Of a stretch of DNA of 21,085 nt, positions 8,072-16,754 are shown one piece after another. The notes under the pieces were generated by a model. That model worked only from the letters and a program-made list of their open reading frames with translations. It was not told the origin of the DNA and did not search any database. A program made the position numbers and the translations under genes. This DNA comes from an uncultured virus (IMG/VR IMGVR_UViG_3300042516_003420) (lineage: Duplodnaviria; Heunggongvirae; Uroviricota; Caudoviricetes), in the IMG/VR virus record IMGVR_UViG_3300042516_003420; one strand, given 5' to 3'. How positions within the stretch are numbered: the first letter of the stretch is position 1; every line of letters begins with the position of its first letter.

Positions 8072-8755
8072 TTATTCGGCTTTCTCTGCAAGGTACTCAG
8101 GATTTGAGATCACGTTCTTGTACTCGCTTCGTATCACCTGTTGCACACCAGTCTCAGTATGAGATTGGCGGTTGTACAGCATGAGTTTTTCAGCTTTGAA
8201 GTCCAGCTCAAGCGGTGTCACGTTCTTGGGTGGATAGCCGCGATTAAAGGTGGACGCCATGTGCAGAGGGTTGCCGCACTTGGGATTGCCACATAACCGC
8301 GTGACGACCAGCACCCCCACATCCCCCCAGGCGCACTGGTACAGGGCCTTGTGGATGTTGACGTTCTCAGACTTCTGCTTGCTGTAGCCGGAGCGGTAGG
8401 AGGGCAAGCACACTCTCCTGGGGGTCGTCTCACCAGGAGTCTCAATCTCCCAGCACTCTTCCGGGAAAGTGACCTTAACTTTCTTCCAGAGCTTGGCGTA
8501 CTTGTGTTTGTAGTCGGCATGCAGGTAGTTGATGTCAAACCCGCAGACGTTGCTCAGGATCTTCCGGCCACACTCATAGCACCAGTGTTGGTTTGAGTCT
8601 CGAATGAGATGACCGTGAGGGCAGGGGAACCCCCGGTAGTAGCCCAGTTCCTTAAGGCGTTCCTCCTCCATCCCCTCGATGCCGTGGACATGACGGAAGG
8701 ACGGCTCCCCGAAGTCGTTCGCTACCTGCTGGAGCTTCTTCACAAGGCTTGCCAT
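8072..8755 (-). CDS. Zinc-finger plus degenerate HNH/His-Me endonuclease-like protein
   Basis: CPHGH...CYEC finger; ECW...IHKALY...VVTRLCGNPKCGNPLHM resembles the phage HNH pattern CW...AHRxxY...HxCxNxxCxNPxHL. Confidence 0.7.
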   Translation of the reverse strand: MASLVKKLQQVANDFGEPSFRHVHGIEGMEEERLKELGYYRGFPCPHGHLIRDSNQHWCYECGRKILSNVCGFDINYLHADYKHKYAKLWKKVKVTFPEECWEIETPGETTPRRVCLPSYRSGYSKQKSENVNIHKALYQCAWGDVGVLVVTRLCGNPKCGNPLHMASTFNRGYPPKNVTPLELDFKAEKLMLYNRQSHTETGVQQVIRSEYKNVISNPEYLAEKAE

Positions 8756-8810
8756 GACCGGACCTGTGGGTGGGTAATGACATTCTAGGGGGTAGGAGTG
8801 TCATTGTCCC

Positions 8811-8932
8811 GTGCAGACTTGCAGACTTTGACCCCATTTTTATCTTTATATAAGCTAAATTACACTGTCATCTCATAGTGTCATTTACATCACGTAAGGG
8901 TTAAAAGCCCCCCAAAGTCTGCATCTCTGCAC
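8811..8932. repeat. 20-bp inverted repeat around an 82-bp spacer with an AT-rich tract; candidate replication origin
   Basis: GTGCAGACTTGCAGACTTTG (8811-8830) versus CAAAGTCTGCATCTCTGCAC (8913-8932), 18/20 complementary. Confidence 0.75.
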
Positions 8933-8987
8933 CGACATCTGAGTCTCACCCTGGGATTTAAGTACATGCGTACTTCTTGCGGCCATG

Positions 8988-9011
8988 AAAAAAGCCCTGC
9001 CGAAACAGGGC
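8988..9011 (-). terminator. Rho-independent terminator of the nuclease-primase-speD unit
   Basis: Minus strand GCCCTG-TTTCGG-CAGGGC followed by TTTTTT, 20 nt after the speD stop. Confidence 0.88.
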
Positions 9012-9031
9012 CTCAACCTTTACCGTTGCTC

Positions 9032-9388
9032 TCAGGCTTCAGGAGGCGCCGTTGAGCGCACCAGCTCCTGTTCCTCTGCCTTCTGGGACTTGAGCTTGTA
9101 CTTCAGGAAGTCAGCAGCCTTGTGCGTGTTGGTGGTATCCCCGCAGGTATAGAGGTCGATGGCGGCGTACCCAAGCTCAGGCCAGGTATGAATAGACGCA
9201 TGAGACTCAGCCAGGAGCGCCAGTAGCGTTACGCCCTGCGGCTCAAATTTCTCGCCAATGATGCGAAGGATTGTGGCTTTCGACATCAAAAGGGCAGCCT
9301 CCAGAAGTTCAGACAACCTGTCGTAGTCGTCCAAAACCTCTGGATCACACTCATACAAATCTAAAATTAGGTGACGCCCATTAGACAT
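9032..9388 (-). CDS. speD: S-adenosylmethionine decarboxylase proenzyme (pyruvoyl-dependent, short class 1B type)
   Basis: GRHLILDLYEC, FEPQGVT, LLAESHASIHTWPE (E-S autocleavage site) and DLYTCG. Confidence 0.92.
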   Translation of the reverse strand: MSNGRHLILDLYECDPEVLDDYDRLSELLEAALLMSKATILRIIGEKFEPQGVTLLALLAESHASIHTWPELGYAAIDLYTCGDTTNTHKAADFLKYKLKSQKAEEQELVRSTAPPEA

Positions 9389-12023
9389 CGACTATTTCCA
9401 ACTCATCTTCCATTGTCGCATCCAGGTTTGCTTCCAGTGACATCCCATAAAATTCTTTGTATTTATCTTTGTCTGCAGACACCTCAACAACGGAAGGCCA
9501 ATCTTCATATTTAGGACTGGACTCACGGACAGCCACATTTACCACCCGCATCCCCCTGGTATTGCGTAAGGGGTAGACGTTGATCTTGAGCTGGTGTTTG
9601 CAGATGTCCAGGAAGAGGGGTTCAAATCGGTTACGCGACATGATGCCCACATTGCACTGGCGACAGAACTCTGCATAACTTGCGTACAACCACTTGTCCT
9701 GGTTGGCATAGATATGTGAAGAACCCATCGGTGCATTCTTCGTGAAACCAACAGCTGAGCTGATGCCTGGGTCGTAGATGATCTTGTGCTCCATCCAATC
9801 CAACAGGGGGTTGGACCGGAGGTTCTGCATCTTCTCGTACTTCTTGAAGAACTTCACCTTCTTCGAAGTTTCCATCAGGTACTCACGCATCTCCTCCTCA
9901 CTCATATCCAGCAGCCAGTTCACCAGTCCTGGCAGCAGAGGGGAGAACACACCTTGGGGCTCACCCTTGGAATTGAACTTAATTAATTCTTTTTGTTCAT
10001 TCGGCCCGCCCGTGAACGGACGGTCGAAAGGAATGGTGAGGCGACGACGGGCAAGACCAGAGGTGTAGTCAGTGGACTGAATTGCTTCGTTGGCGGTGAT
10101 CATCACAACACCGTGGTACTGGAAAGGATCCAGACCTTCACCTTGATACTTACGTTCGCTACGGATCCAGTCACTTCCAGTGATGGCCTTCAACCTGGAG
10201 ACAGAACCACCCCAACGATCAGCATCCTGGAACAGCAGAAGCTTTTTACCCATGTAGGCGGCAGCTTCAAAACGGTTCTTCTCCATATTCTCGAAGTCCG
10301 TTGAGTAAGTATTGCTCTTACCCACCAGTGCTACCGCCAGGTTTGCGTAGGTGGATTTACCCGACTTACCCGGACCCACGATTTCCACAAACTTCTGGAT
10401 CTCATAACGACCCAGGAGTGTGGCCCGCAACCAGGCCCGCAGAACCTGAGTACGTTCCCAGCTGTCATGCTGTGTACTTTTCAGCCATTTAACAATTTCT
10501 TCACAGGTGGCTGCCGGGTCATAGGGATACGGCATCAGTTGGGTCAGGTGAAGCTCCCGGCCAAAGGGAAGCAGCTCCCTGGTCTGAACATTCAGCACAC
10601 CATTGGTGAACAGCAGCAGCTCGCTGTTGTCATACCAATCTTCAAAGGCAAGAACCGACTGCAGCTGAGTGCAGACATCGTTCATCAAGTTGATACTGAA
10701 ACCGTTAGGCAGGAAGTCACCTAACATTTGCAGTTTGTTACGGATGTCACCAAGGATTTCGATCTTGGTTAAAGGCGACCACAGACCAGGTGCTTCCTTC
10801 TGATACAGGAAGAACTGGTTATGGGGTTGACTAAAGAGCAGATCCCCCTTATACAGGTCGAGCACAACGTCGGTAACTACGTTCGATGAAGGGTTTCTTG
10901 ACCGTTGGTCTTTTCCTGATTTCTCTTGAGGCGCCCGTGTTTGCCGCTTCTTCCACACTGGTTCAGTTTGAGTTGGAGACTTGGTTTCCTCAAGTAATTC
11001 CGGTGCCATCAGTAAATCCTCTTCAATTTCAGCAAGTAGCTTCGAAACGTGATTTAATGTCTCATCATCAACATTCAACGCACGGTGCTCCTGGGAAGGC
11101 TTCCACCCATGCTCCTGGGCAATGTGAATAAGAGATCCCAGGCCGCGACCACCGTTCTTGGAGAAGGAACGCCACCGCCTGTGGCACTCACCTTCCTTGT
11201 ACTTCTCTGACTGCTTGGACCATTCATCCCAGCTATCAAGCAGAGATTCATCCAAGCTGTGAAGCGTTTGGCCGATAGTGATCCAAATGTCGTAATCATC
11301 AGCGGCATCTGGCGGCAGAGCCCACATTGCTTCTGTCGCCAGTTTCATGTCCCGCTCTAGCGAGATCTCAGCGTTGATAGCAAAACCAGGACCAACGATC
11401 CGAGTGCGTTCTTTCGCAGGTGTACCCTGACGAACGTTCTTATTAACGATGAGATTAAGAAGCCATTCCGGAAATTCAGGCAGGCGTTCCACCCACTCAA
11501 AACCCATCCCTTCAGCTGTGTAATAGCCTTCGGTTTCAGGGTGCAGACCCATCAGCACGCCCTGGTGCTTAGACCAAAGGATCTCAAGTTTCTCCTTGTT
11601 GGTCTCAGCGTGCCAGGTGTATTTGTTTCGTGCAAAATGTTTTTGTTTTTCTCGGCTTAGCTTGTAGAGTTTCCGTTCACGACCCGCCTTACCACTGCAG
11701 ATAGTCAGCGTGGGAGGCAGTGCAACATCAAAATCCTCCTGATCCGACAGCTGTTTAACAAGTGTGTAGACGCTAGGGCCATCAATATCAACCCAAACCA
11801 AACCATAGGGATGGTTATAGACCGGACCACCCAGCAATCCAATGGCCTTACAGTTGCCAGTTACGATCTCTTCTTCAATTTCACGAACGCTAAAAGGCTT
11901 GTTCTGCCAGCCATTCACATACGGATCTTTCTTTGCACCCAGGGGTGTTAAGGGCCAATCGATGGGAATGTATCCGAGATTGATTTCTCCCGGACGAAGA
12001 GCTTGCTGATTTTGGCTGGTCAT
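9381..12023 (-). CDS. Primase-helicase: bifunctional prim-pol N-terminus, PriCT-2-like domain, D5-like SF3 helicase
   Basis: PLGAKKDP...GWQ and VWVDID (prim-pol); DDYDIWITIG...WDEWSKQSEKY...RWRSF (PriCT-2); FTNGVLN; Walker A GPGKSGKST; LKAITGSD...ERKY. Confidence 0.92.
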   Translation of the reverse strand: MTSQNQQALRPGEINLGYIPIDWPLTPLGAKKDPYVNGWQNKPFSVREIEEEIVTGNCKAIGLLGGPVYNHPYGLVWVDIDGPSVYTLVKQLSDQEDFDVALPPTLTICSGKAGRERKLYKLSREKQKHFARNKYTWHAETNKEKLEILWSKHQGVLMGLHPETEGYYTAEGMGFEWVERLPEFPEWLLNLIVNKNVRQGTPAKERTRIVGPGFAINAEISLERDMKLATEAMWALPPDAADDYDIWITIGQTLHSLDESLLDSWDEWSKQSEKYKEGECHRRWRSFSKNGGRGLGSLIHIAQEHGWKPSQEHRALNVDDETLNHVSKLLAEIEEDLLMAPELLEETKSPTQTEPVWKKRQTRAPQEKSGKDQRSRNPSSNVVTDVVLDLYKGDLLFSQPHNQFFLYQKEAPGLWSPLTKIEILGDIRNKLQMLGDFLPNGFSINLMNDVCTQLQSVLAFEDWYDNSELLLFTNGVLNVQTRELLPFGRELHLTQLMPYPYDPAATCEEIVKWLKSTQHDSWERTQVLRAWLRATLLGRYEIQKFVEIVGPGKSGKSTYANLAVALVGKSNTYSTDFENMEKNRFEAAAYMGKKLLLFQDADRWGGSVSRLKAITGSDWIRSERKYQGEGLDPFQYHGVVMITANEAIQSTDYTSGLARRRLTIPFDRPFTGGPNEQKELIKFNSKGEPQGVFSPLLPGLVNWLLDMSEEEMREYLMETSKKVKFFKKYEKMQNLRSNPLLDWMEHKIIYDPGISSAVGFTKNAPMGSSHIYANQDKWLYASYAEFCRQCNVGIMSRNRFEPLFLDICKHQLKINVYPLRNTRGMRVVNVAVRESSPKYEDWPSVVEVSADKDKYKEFYGMSLEANLDATMEDELEIVDV

Positions 12024-12205
12024 ACCTTACGTGCTTCCTTGAGTTCTACTTTAAAGTCCCGATCAGGGAACCATGTCTCCTTTACCAGTTCATAAGCATG
12101 AAGATGCATATGGGAAGGCAGACAAAAACAATCCCCATCAACCGCACTGTTCATGCGGCCTTGGAGCGTATTCATCCACTCCCCCAAGGAAATGTAGATT
12201 TCCAT
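12020..12205 (-). CDS. Hypothetical protein (61 aa)
   Basis: MEIYISLGEW...; its stop overlaps the primase ATG (ATGA); TAGGAT 25 nt upstream. Confidence 0.7.
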   Translation of the reverse strand: MEIYISLGEWMNTLQGRMNSAVDGDCFCLPSHMHLHAYELVKETWFPDRDFKVELKEARKV

Positions 12206-12275
12206 GGTGGTTGGAGTTGAGTGTCTCTTCATCCTACGGCCGCCAATCCGAGAGGGCCATCACAGATTCTTAAAA

Positions 12276-12488
12276 TTATTCGGACTCATTGGACTCATCT
12301 AGAGCCATGTGCCCGTACATATCTACAGCCTGGAATTCATCCAGCATACGGTTGTAGATGTCAACTGGATTCTCACCCGTCTCAATTGCACATGATGTTG
12401 CGACAGACCATGCGGTCCGGCGCCTCCGCTCTTCAGGACTGTGAGGATCCCAGATCACATGTTGGTTGTCAGGAGTCCACTCAGTCAT
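12276..12488 (-). CDS. Hypothetical protein (70 aa)
   Basis: MTEWTPDNQH...; TGATG overlap with the nuclease stop. Confidence 0.7.
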   Translation of the reverse strand: MTEWTPDNQHVIWDPHSPEERRRRTAWSVATSCAIETGENPVDIYNRMLDEFQAVDMYGHMALDESNESE

Positions 12489-13342
12489 CAGATCAAGTCC
12501 GGATCGTAGACACCACAATTCTCAATTTGAGTGTAATACTCTGCAACAATCTTGTACCAATCTTCATGCAGGATATCGAGATACCGCCTGGAGATCTTGA
12601 ATACCTGAGTGCGAACCGGGGTTGAAACCAGAATTGCAGCTTGCTGGACCCTCATCCCCAAGGTTTGTTGAATGGCAAGGTCATATGCAGCCAACTGCTT
12701 GCAGGTTTTTTTAAATTTCATGTGACCACCCAAGAGATCACGCCATTCCGGCGACCCTTTCTCCAAGTCCTTGGGCCACTTCCTGCTGTATGGTTTGACA
12801 CTGGTCTTGAGGTCAGCAAGTGTCAGCTTGTTATTAACCACACCAATAATGTCAGGGGCACCAGCCCAGGCGCGTCCTTCCTCGTCACAACCCCAGACGC
12901 GAGCAACGTCGTCAGCGCCGATAGTGAAATTAAACTTTTCAAGAATAGGCGATTCTGCCCAAAGCACTTCTTCAAATTGATCCAGGATCGGCGGCATACC
13001 AGCCCAAAAATCCTTGTAATCCTCTGGTATGTCTGGATTCTTGTTTCCTTTGAGATAGCATTCCATGCCATAGTGGATGGCAGTACCCCGCTCAGCCGCC
13101 GCTTCTTTAACACCTGGATTTGCCTTTGACCACATTTCGAGCTTCCGCTTGTTCGCTTCGGAAGCTGTCTCACCAATAATAGTAGTTACGGACGGTGCAG
13201 GTCCAGTGGGTAACGGAGTTGTATAGTGACGTTTTCCGTTAAGCGTAATTCTGGCTGCGGTCCTGTTCAGGTCCCGCATCATCTTTGGTTGCTGTTCCTT
13301 GGCTAAATCCCAAGGATCCGATGCATTAACTTTAGCAACCAT
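12488..13342 (-). CDS. PD-(D/E)XK superfamily exonuclease (phage recombination/replication type)
   Basis: PSVTTII, AAERGTAIH, WAGAPDII, LADLKTS and QLAAY motifs. Confidence 0.88.
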   Translation of the reverse strand: MVAKVNASDPWDLAKEQQPKMMRDLNRTAARITLNGKRHYTTPLPTGPAPSVTTIIGETASEANKRKLEMWSKANPGVKEAAAERGTAIHYGMECYLKGNKNPDIPEDYKDFWAGMPPILDQFEEVLWAESPILEKFNFTIGADDVARVWGCDEEGRAWAGAPDIIGVVNNKLTLADLKTSVKPYSRKWPKDLEKGSPEWRDLLGGHMKFKKTCKQLAAYDLAIQQTLGMRVQQAAILVSTPVRTQVFKISRRYLDILHEDWYKIVAEYYTQIENCGVYDPDLI

Positions 13343-13387
13343 CGAAGGTTTTGTATATTATTCAGAGTATAAAGTATTTTTCCTCCA
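13343..13387. promoter_or_regulatory. Compact AT-rich divergent promoter region
   Basis: 45-bp gap between divergent starts; TATACT on the minus strand at 13371-13366. Confidence 0.55.
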
Positions 13388-13492
13388 ATGAAAGAGTTTG
13401 AGATTGTGATCCTAACGCTACTGATTGCCCTCTTCCTTACGGCTACAATCGACATATTCATTTTATTTGGCGGCCTCCATTGGATCCACTAA
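13388..13492 (+). CDS. Small single-pass membrane peptide (34 aa)
   Basis: Not in the track. MKEFEIVILTLLIALFLTATIDIFILFGGLHWIH; fills the gap before hli. Confidence 0.6.
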   Translation: MKEFEIVILTLLIALFLTATIDIFILFGGLHWIH

Positions 13493-13728
13493 CCAAAGCC
13501 AAGCTCTGGCTCGTAGGCCTTTGGCATTGCTTCTCCTGGATTTTTAAAGCAATCTGGGATGAGTACCTGGTCGACCTGCACCCCAGCAAAATTCCCTGGC
13601 ACCCAAATGACTATATATGGTATGCGGAACGCTGGAACGGCAGGGTTGCCATGATTGCCGTCATCACTATCCTGCAGTTGGAATTGATCTACAAGGTCAG
13701 CATTTGGGAGTTTATTGGTGTCCTGTAA
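13480..13728 (+). CDS. hli: High-light inducible protein (HLIP)-like, N-terminally extended
   Basis: AERWNGRVAMI chlorophyll-binding motif (ExxNGRxAM) followed by a hydrophobic helix; start codon (TTG) uncertain. Confidence 0.8.
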   Translation: MDPLTKAKLWLVGLWHCFSWIFKAIWDEYLVDLHPSKIPWHPNDYIWYAERWNGRVAMIAVITILQLELIYKVSIWEFIGVL

Positions 13729-13900
13729 CATCACTCGGTTTTATTTTTGCCAGTCCAACATCACTCTTCAAGAGTTCATAAGGCGTGACTTGCGCAGCCG
13801 GATGGGCATTGCTTTTGATGATGTTGAAACCGTAGAAGCAGATGCTTACGAAGCTAAACTGATCGCAGAAGACGAAGACTACTTAAGGGTGGACCTATGA
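13718..13900 (+). CDS. Hypothetical protein (about 60 aa) with acidic C-terminus
   Basis: GTG/TTG start overlapping the hli end; stop overlaps the next ATG (ATGA). Confidence 0.6.
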   Translation: MSCNITRFYFCQSNITLQEFIRRDLRSRMGIAFDDVETVEADAYEAKLIAEDEDYLRVDL

Positions 13901-14646
13901 CAAAAACTATTCCCATGATTGGCACCATGATTCTCAATGGCGCAGATGACTTGTGGAAACAGTTTGAAAGCATTGATCACCCTGTTGATCGTTACTTTAT
14001 CCTTGACAACTCAATGGGTAAGGATAAAGATGTGTTGCAGATGATCTACGATCTAAAGAGTGACGTAGATTCCTTTGGCCACAAGTACATCAAGAAGGTA
14101 GAGGTTGTACATAACCACATGAACGTTGGCTTCTCTGGTTCTGTCAATCAAATCATCAAACAAAATATCGACTGCCCTTACTGGTGTGTTTTGTCGGTTG
14201 ATTGGCATCCAGAGCCAGGTCAACTCAAGAAACTAGCAAAGCGCTTGGAAGATCCCTTTGTTGGAATTTTGTGTGACGAAAGTCAGAATGGATATTCTTC
14301 CCTTGTGATTGCACCAGAACTTCTTTATGAAGTTGGCTACTTGGACGAAAATTTCTTTCCTGCTTATTACGAAGATAACGACCACCGTTACCGCATGAAG
14401 CTTGCAGGGATTGAGTGGGAGTACTTGCCTTTGAAATACAAACATACTGTTAGCGCAACAATCAAAAGAGATCCTCAGATCTACGCAAAGAATCAGATGA
14501 CCTTTAAAGAGAACGGACGATATTACGTTGAGAAATGGGGTGGCCTCCCTGGTCAAGAGACCTACACGTCTCCTTTTGATATGGACCTCCCCCTTGACTA
14601 TTGGATTTATGATCCTGTTCGCAGCCAGCGACAGCGATGGATCTGA
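13897..14646 (+). CDS. Glycosyltransferase, GT2-like
   Basis: YFILDN, NVGFSGSVNQ, VGYLDENFFPAYYEDNDH and YVEKWGG. Confidence 0.85.
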   Translation: MTKTIPMIGTMILNGADDLWKQFESIDHPVDRYFILDNSMGKDKDVLQMIYDLKSDVDSFGHKYIKKVEVVHNHMNVGFSGSVNQIIKQNIDCPYWCVLSVDWHPEPGQLKKLAKRLEDPFVGILCDESQNGYSSLVIAPELLYEVGYLDENFFPAYYEDNDHRYRMKLAGIEWEYLPLKYKHTVSATIKRDPQIYAKNQMTFKENGRYYVEKWGGLPGQETYTSPFDMDLPLDYWIYDPVRSQRQRWI

Positions 14647-15503
14647 GCGTTTACGGGGCCACGGGAATCATCGGAACCTACTTTAGCGGTTTGTTCCCCT
14701 CCTTTTCAATACCCAGAGAACAGCTGGAGCCCGAGACCGAGAATGTTTTGTATCTAATCAGTACAACTGACAACTCAACATTTATAGAAAATCCCCACAT
14801 TGACATCAATACGAATTTAGTTGAGCTGATGCGCAGGCTTGAAGCTTGTCGCAACAGTAACGTTGAGACCTTCAATTTTGTAAGTAGTTGGTTTGTCTAC
14901 GGACCAAACCATGTGTATCCCGACGAGCAAGTCATCTGCGATCCCAATGGTTTCTATTCAATCACCAAGTACGCAGCTGAAAAACTTGTAAAAGAATATT
15001 GTCAAGTCTTTGGTATCAACTACCGCATCTTCCGGCTGGGCAATGTGTACGGTGGTCCCGACACCGGAAACCAAAAGCGAAACGCCCTGCACTACTTGAT
15101 CAACAACCTGAGAGAAGGCAAGGACATTAATGTACACACCAACGTGTCACGCGACTTCATCCACATCATGGACACCTGCAGGGCCATGGAGTTTCTGTGT
15201 GAGCATGGATATACGAACTGTATCTACAACGTAGGCACAGGGCTTTCCACCAAACTGACCAAAGCCCTTGACAAAGCCAAGAAAATTGGTGGTTTTCATG
15301 GTCAAGTACATCACCATTCCGTCCCGCAGAACTACAACCAGGCGGTAAGTTTTGGTTTAAACTGTGGCAAGCTTGCCTCTCACGGCTTCAAACTTTTAAT
15401 TTCCTTTGAGGAAGGATTGCTCGACCTATGTCTAAATCAAAAGTTCTGTACTCCGGACCGTACTTTGATGGAGCAGAAGTTGAAGCAGCGATTGCCAGCC
15501 TGA
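14637..15503 (+). CDS. NAD(P)-dependent nucleotide-sugar epimerase/reductase (extended SDR)
   Basis: GATGIIG, FVSSWFVYG, YSITK (YxxxK), RLGNVYG and RDFIHI. Confidence 0.88.
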   Translation: MDLSVYGATGIIGTYFSGLFPSFSIPREQLEPETENVLYLISTTDNSTFIENPHIDINTNLVELMRRLEACRNSNVETFNFVSSWFVYGPNHVYPDEQVICDPNGFYSITKYAAEKLVKEYCQVFGINYRIFRLGNVYGGPDTGNQKRNALHYLINNLREGKDINVHTNVSRDFIHIMDTCRAMEFLCEHGYTNCIYNVGTGLSTKLTKALDKAKKIGGFHGQVHHHSVPQNYNQAVSFGLNCGKLASHGFKLLISFEEGLLDLCLNQKFCTPDRTLMEQKLKQRLPA

Positions 15504-16645
15504 GGGAAGGAGCCTGGTTCCCTGCTGGCAAAGAGGTTGACAAATTTGAAAAGCAATTCTCCCGCAAGTTTGGATTCAACTCCTCACTGATGGTGAACAG
15601 CGGCAGCTCTGCCAACCTGGTCATGGTTGCCGCCCTTAAGAAGTACTTTGGTTGGGCAGATGGCTCCGAAGTGATTGTTAGCGTGGTTGGTTTCCCAACG
15701 ACAATTAACCCAATCCTGCAAAACAATCTGGTCCCTAAGTTTGTTGATATCACTTGGGACGACCTGAATTGGGATCTGGATCAAGTTGAAAATGCAATCA
15801 ACAGCAAAACAGTAGCTGTTTTCAGCAGCCCAGTGCTAGGCAACAGCTACGACCTGGACCGACTGCTTGAAATCTGCGACAAAAACAAGATCCAATACAT
15901 TGCCGACAACTGCGATTCCCTTGGTTCCAAGTGGCGTGATGATTACCTGACCGCCAATGCAGTTGCTGCATCTTGCTCCTTCTATCCAGCGCATCACATC
16001 ACAACGATGGAAGGGGGTATGGTGTCCTCCAACATCCCGGAAGTTGTTACGCTTGCACGGCAGTTTGCCTGGTGGGGCCGCGATTGTTATTGCGTTGGCG
16101 CCTGCAATCAGCTGATCAACGGTAGTTGCGGCAAGCGTTTTGACAAGTGGCTCCCTGGTTATGACGGGATTGTTGATCACAAGTATGTGTTCAGCCAGAT
16201 CGGTTACAACTTGAAACCCCTGGATCTACAAGGAGCCGTGGGTCAAGTTCAGCTTTCTAAATTTGAGGAAATCCACACAAAGCGTCGCTATAACTACAAA
16301 CAAATCAAAGAGATCCTTGCGTTATTAGGTACAGAAGTTCGTGTTGTTGACGAGCAACCCGAAGCAGAAACCTCCTGGTTTGGTGTGCCTATTGTTTGTA
16401 ACAATGCAAAAGTCAAGGAAGGTCTTCAGCTTTGGTTAGAAGAGAACGGAGTGCAAACCCGTAATTACTTCGCAGGCAACCTACTGCTCCATCCTGCGTA
16501 TCGGCACTTAGGTGAGGCAAAGAATTATCCCAATGCTTACCAAGTTCTTAAGAATGTGTTCTTTATGGGTACTGCACCTACGCTGACCAAAGAAAACCTG
16601 GATTACATTTCTGAAGTTGTTGGTGAATATTCCCTACAAAAGTAG
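15428..16645 (+). CDS. rfbH: NDP-4-keto-6-deoxyglucose 3-dehydrase (E1; RfbH/DdhC type, DegT family)
   Basis: NSGSSANL, DNCDSLG, SFYPAHHIT (His at the usual Schiff-base Lys position), and WGRDCYC...SCGKRF...DHKY Fe-S ligand loop. Confidence 0.88.
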   Translation: MSKSKVLYSGPYFDGAEVEAAIASLREGAWFPAGKEVDKFEKQFSRKFGFNSSLMVNSGSSANLVMVAALKKYFGWADGSEVIVSVVGFPTTINPILQNNLVPKFVDITWDDLNWDLDQVENAINSKTVAVFSSPVLGNSYDLDRLLEICDKNKIQYIADNCDSLGSKWRDDYLTANAVAASCSFYPAHHITTMEGGMVSSNIPEVVTLARQFAWWGRDCYCVGACNQLINGSCGKRFDKWLPGYDGIVDHKYVFSQIGYNLKPLDLQGAVGQVQLSKFEEIHTKRRYNYKQIKEILALLGTEVRVVDEQPEAETSWFGVPIVCNNAKVKEGLQLWLEENGVQTRNYFAGNLLLHPAYRHLGEAKNYPNAYQVLKNVFFMGTAPTLTKENLDYISEVVGEYSLQK

Positions 16646-16668
16646 GAAGCCAACCGAACTAGCAGTCA

Positions 16669-16727
16669 AACGTAACTGTGCCAAACTATAAGTAGATCAA
16701 CTGTCTACCATGCTTGGCACAGTCGTT
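16669..16727. repeat. Intergenic long hairpin / inverted repeat
   Basis: ACTGTGCCAA (16675-16684) and TTGGCACAGT (16714-16723) are perfectly complementary; inner GTAGA/TCTAC and outer AACG/CGTT pairs. Confidence 0.7.
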
Positions 16728-16754
16728 ATAGTAAGGGAACCAACAGCATCCGAA

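Noticed and set aside
9539..11308. Multiple short ORFs overlapping the primase-helicase
   Set aside because: Antisense or off-frame shadows in a GC-richer gene, without motifs or coupling signals.
12488..13342. Cas4 / CRISPR association of the nuclease
   Set aside because: No four-Cys Fe-S pattern, no array and no other cas genes; the context is phage replication.
13388..13492. Psb30/Ycf12 or other small photosystem subunit
   Set aside because: Only generic hydrophobic resemblance; the conserved GP motif is absent.
13727..13766. 10-bp direct repeat AACATCACTC, 30 bp apart
   Set aside because: Short, in frame within a coding region and compatible with chance or a micro-duplication.
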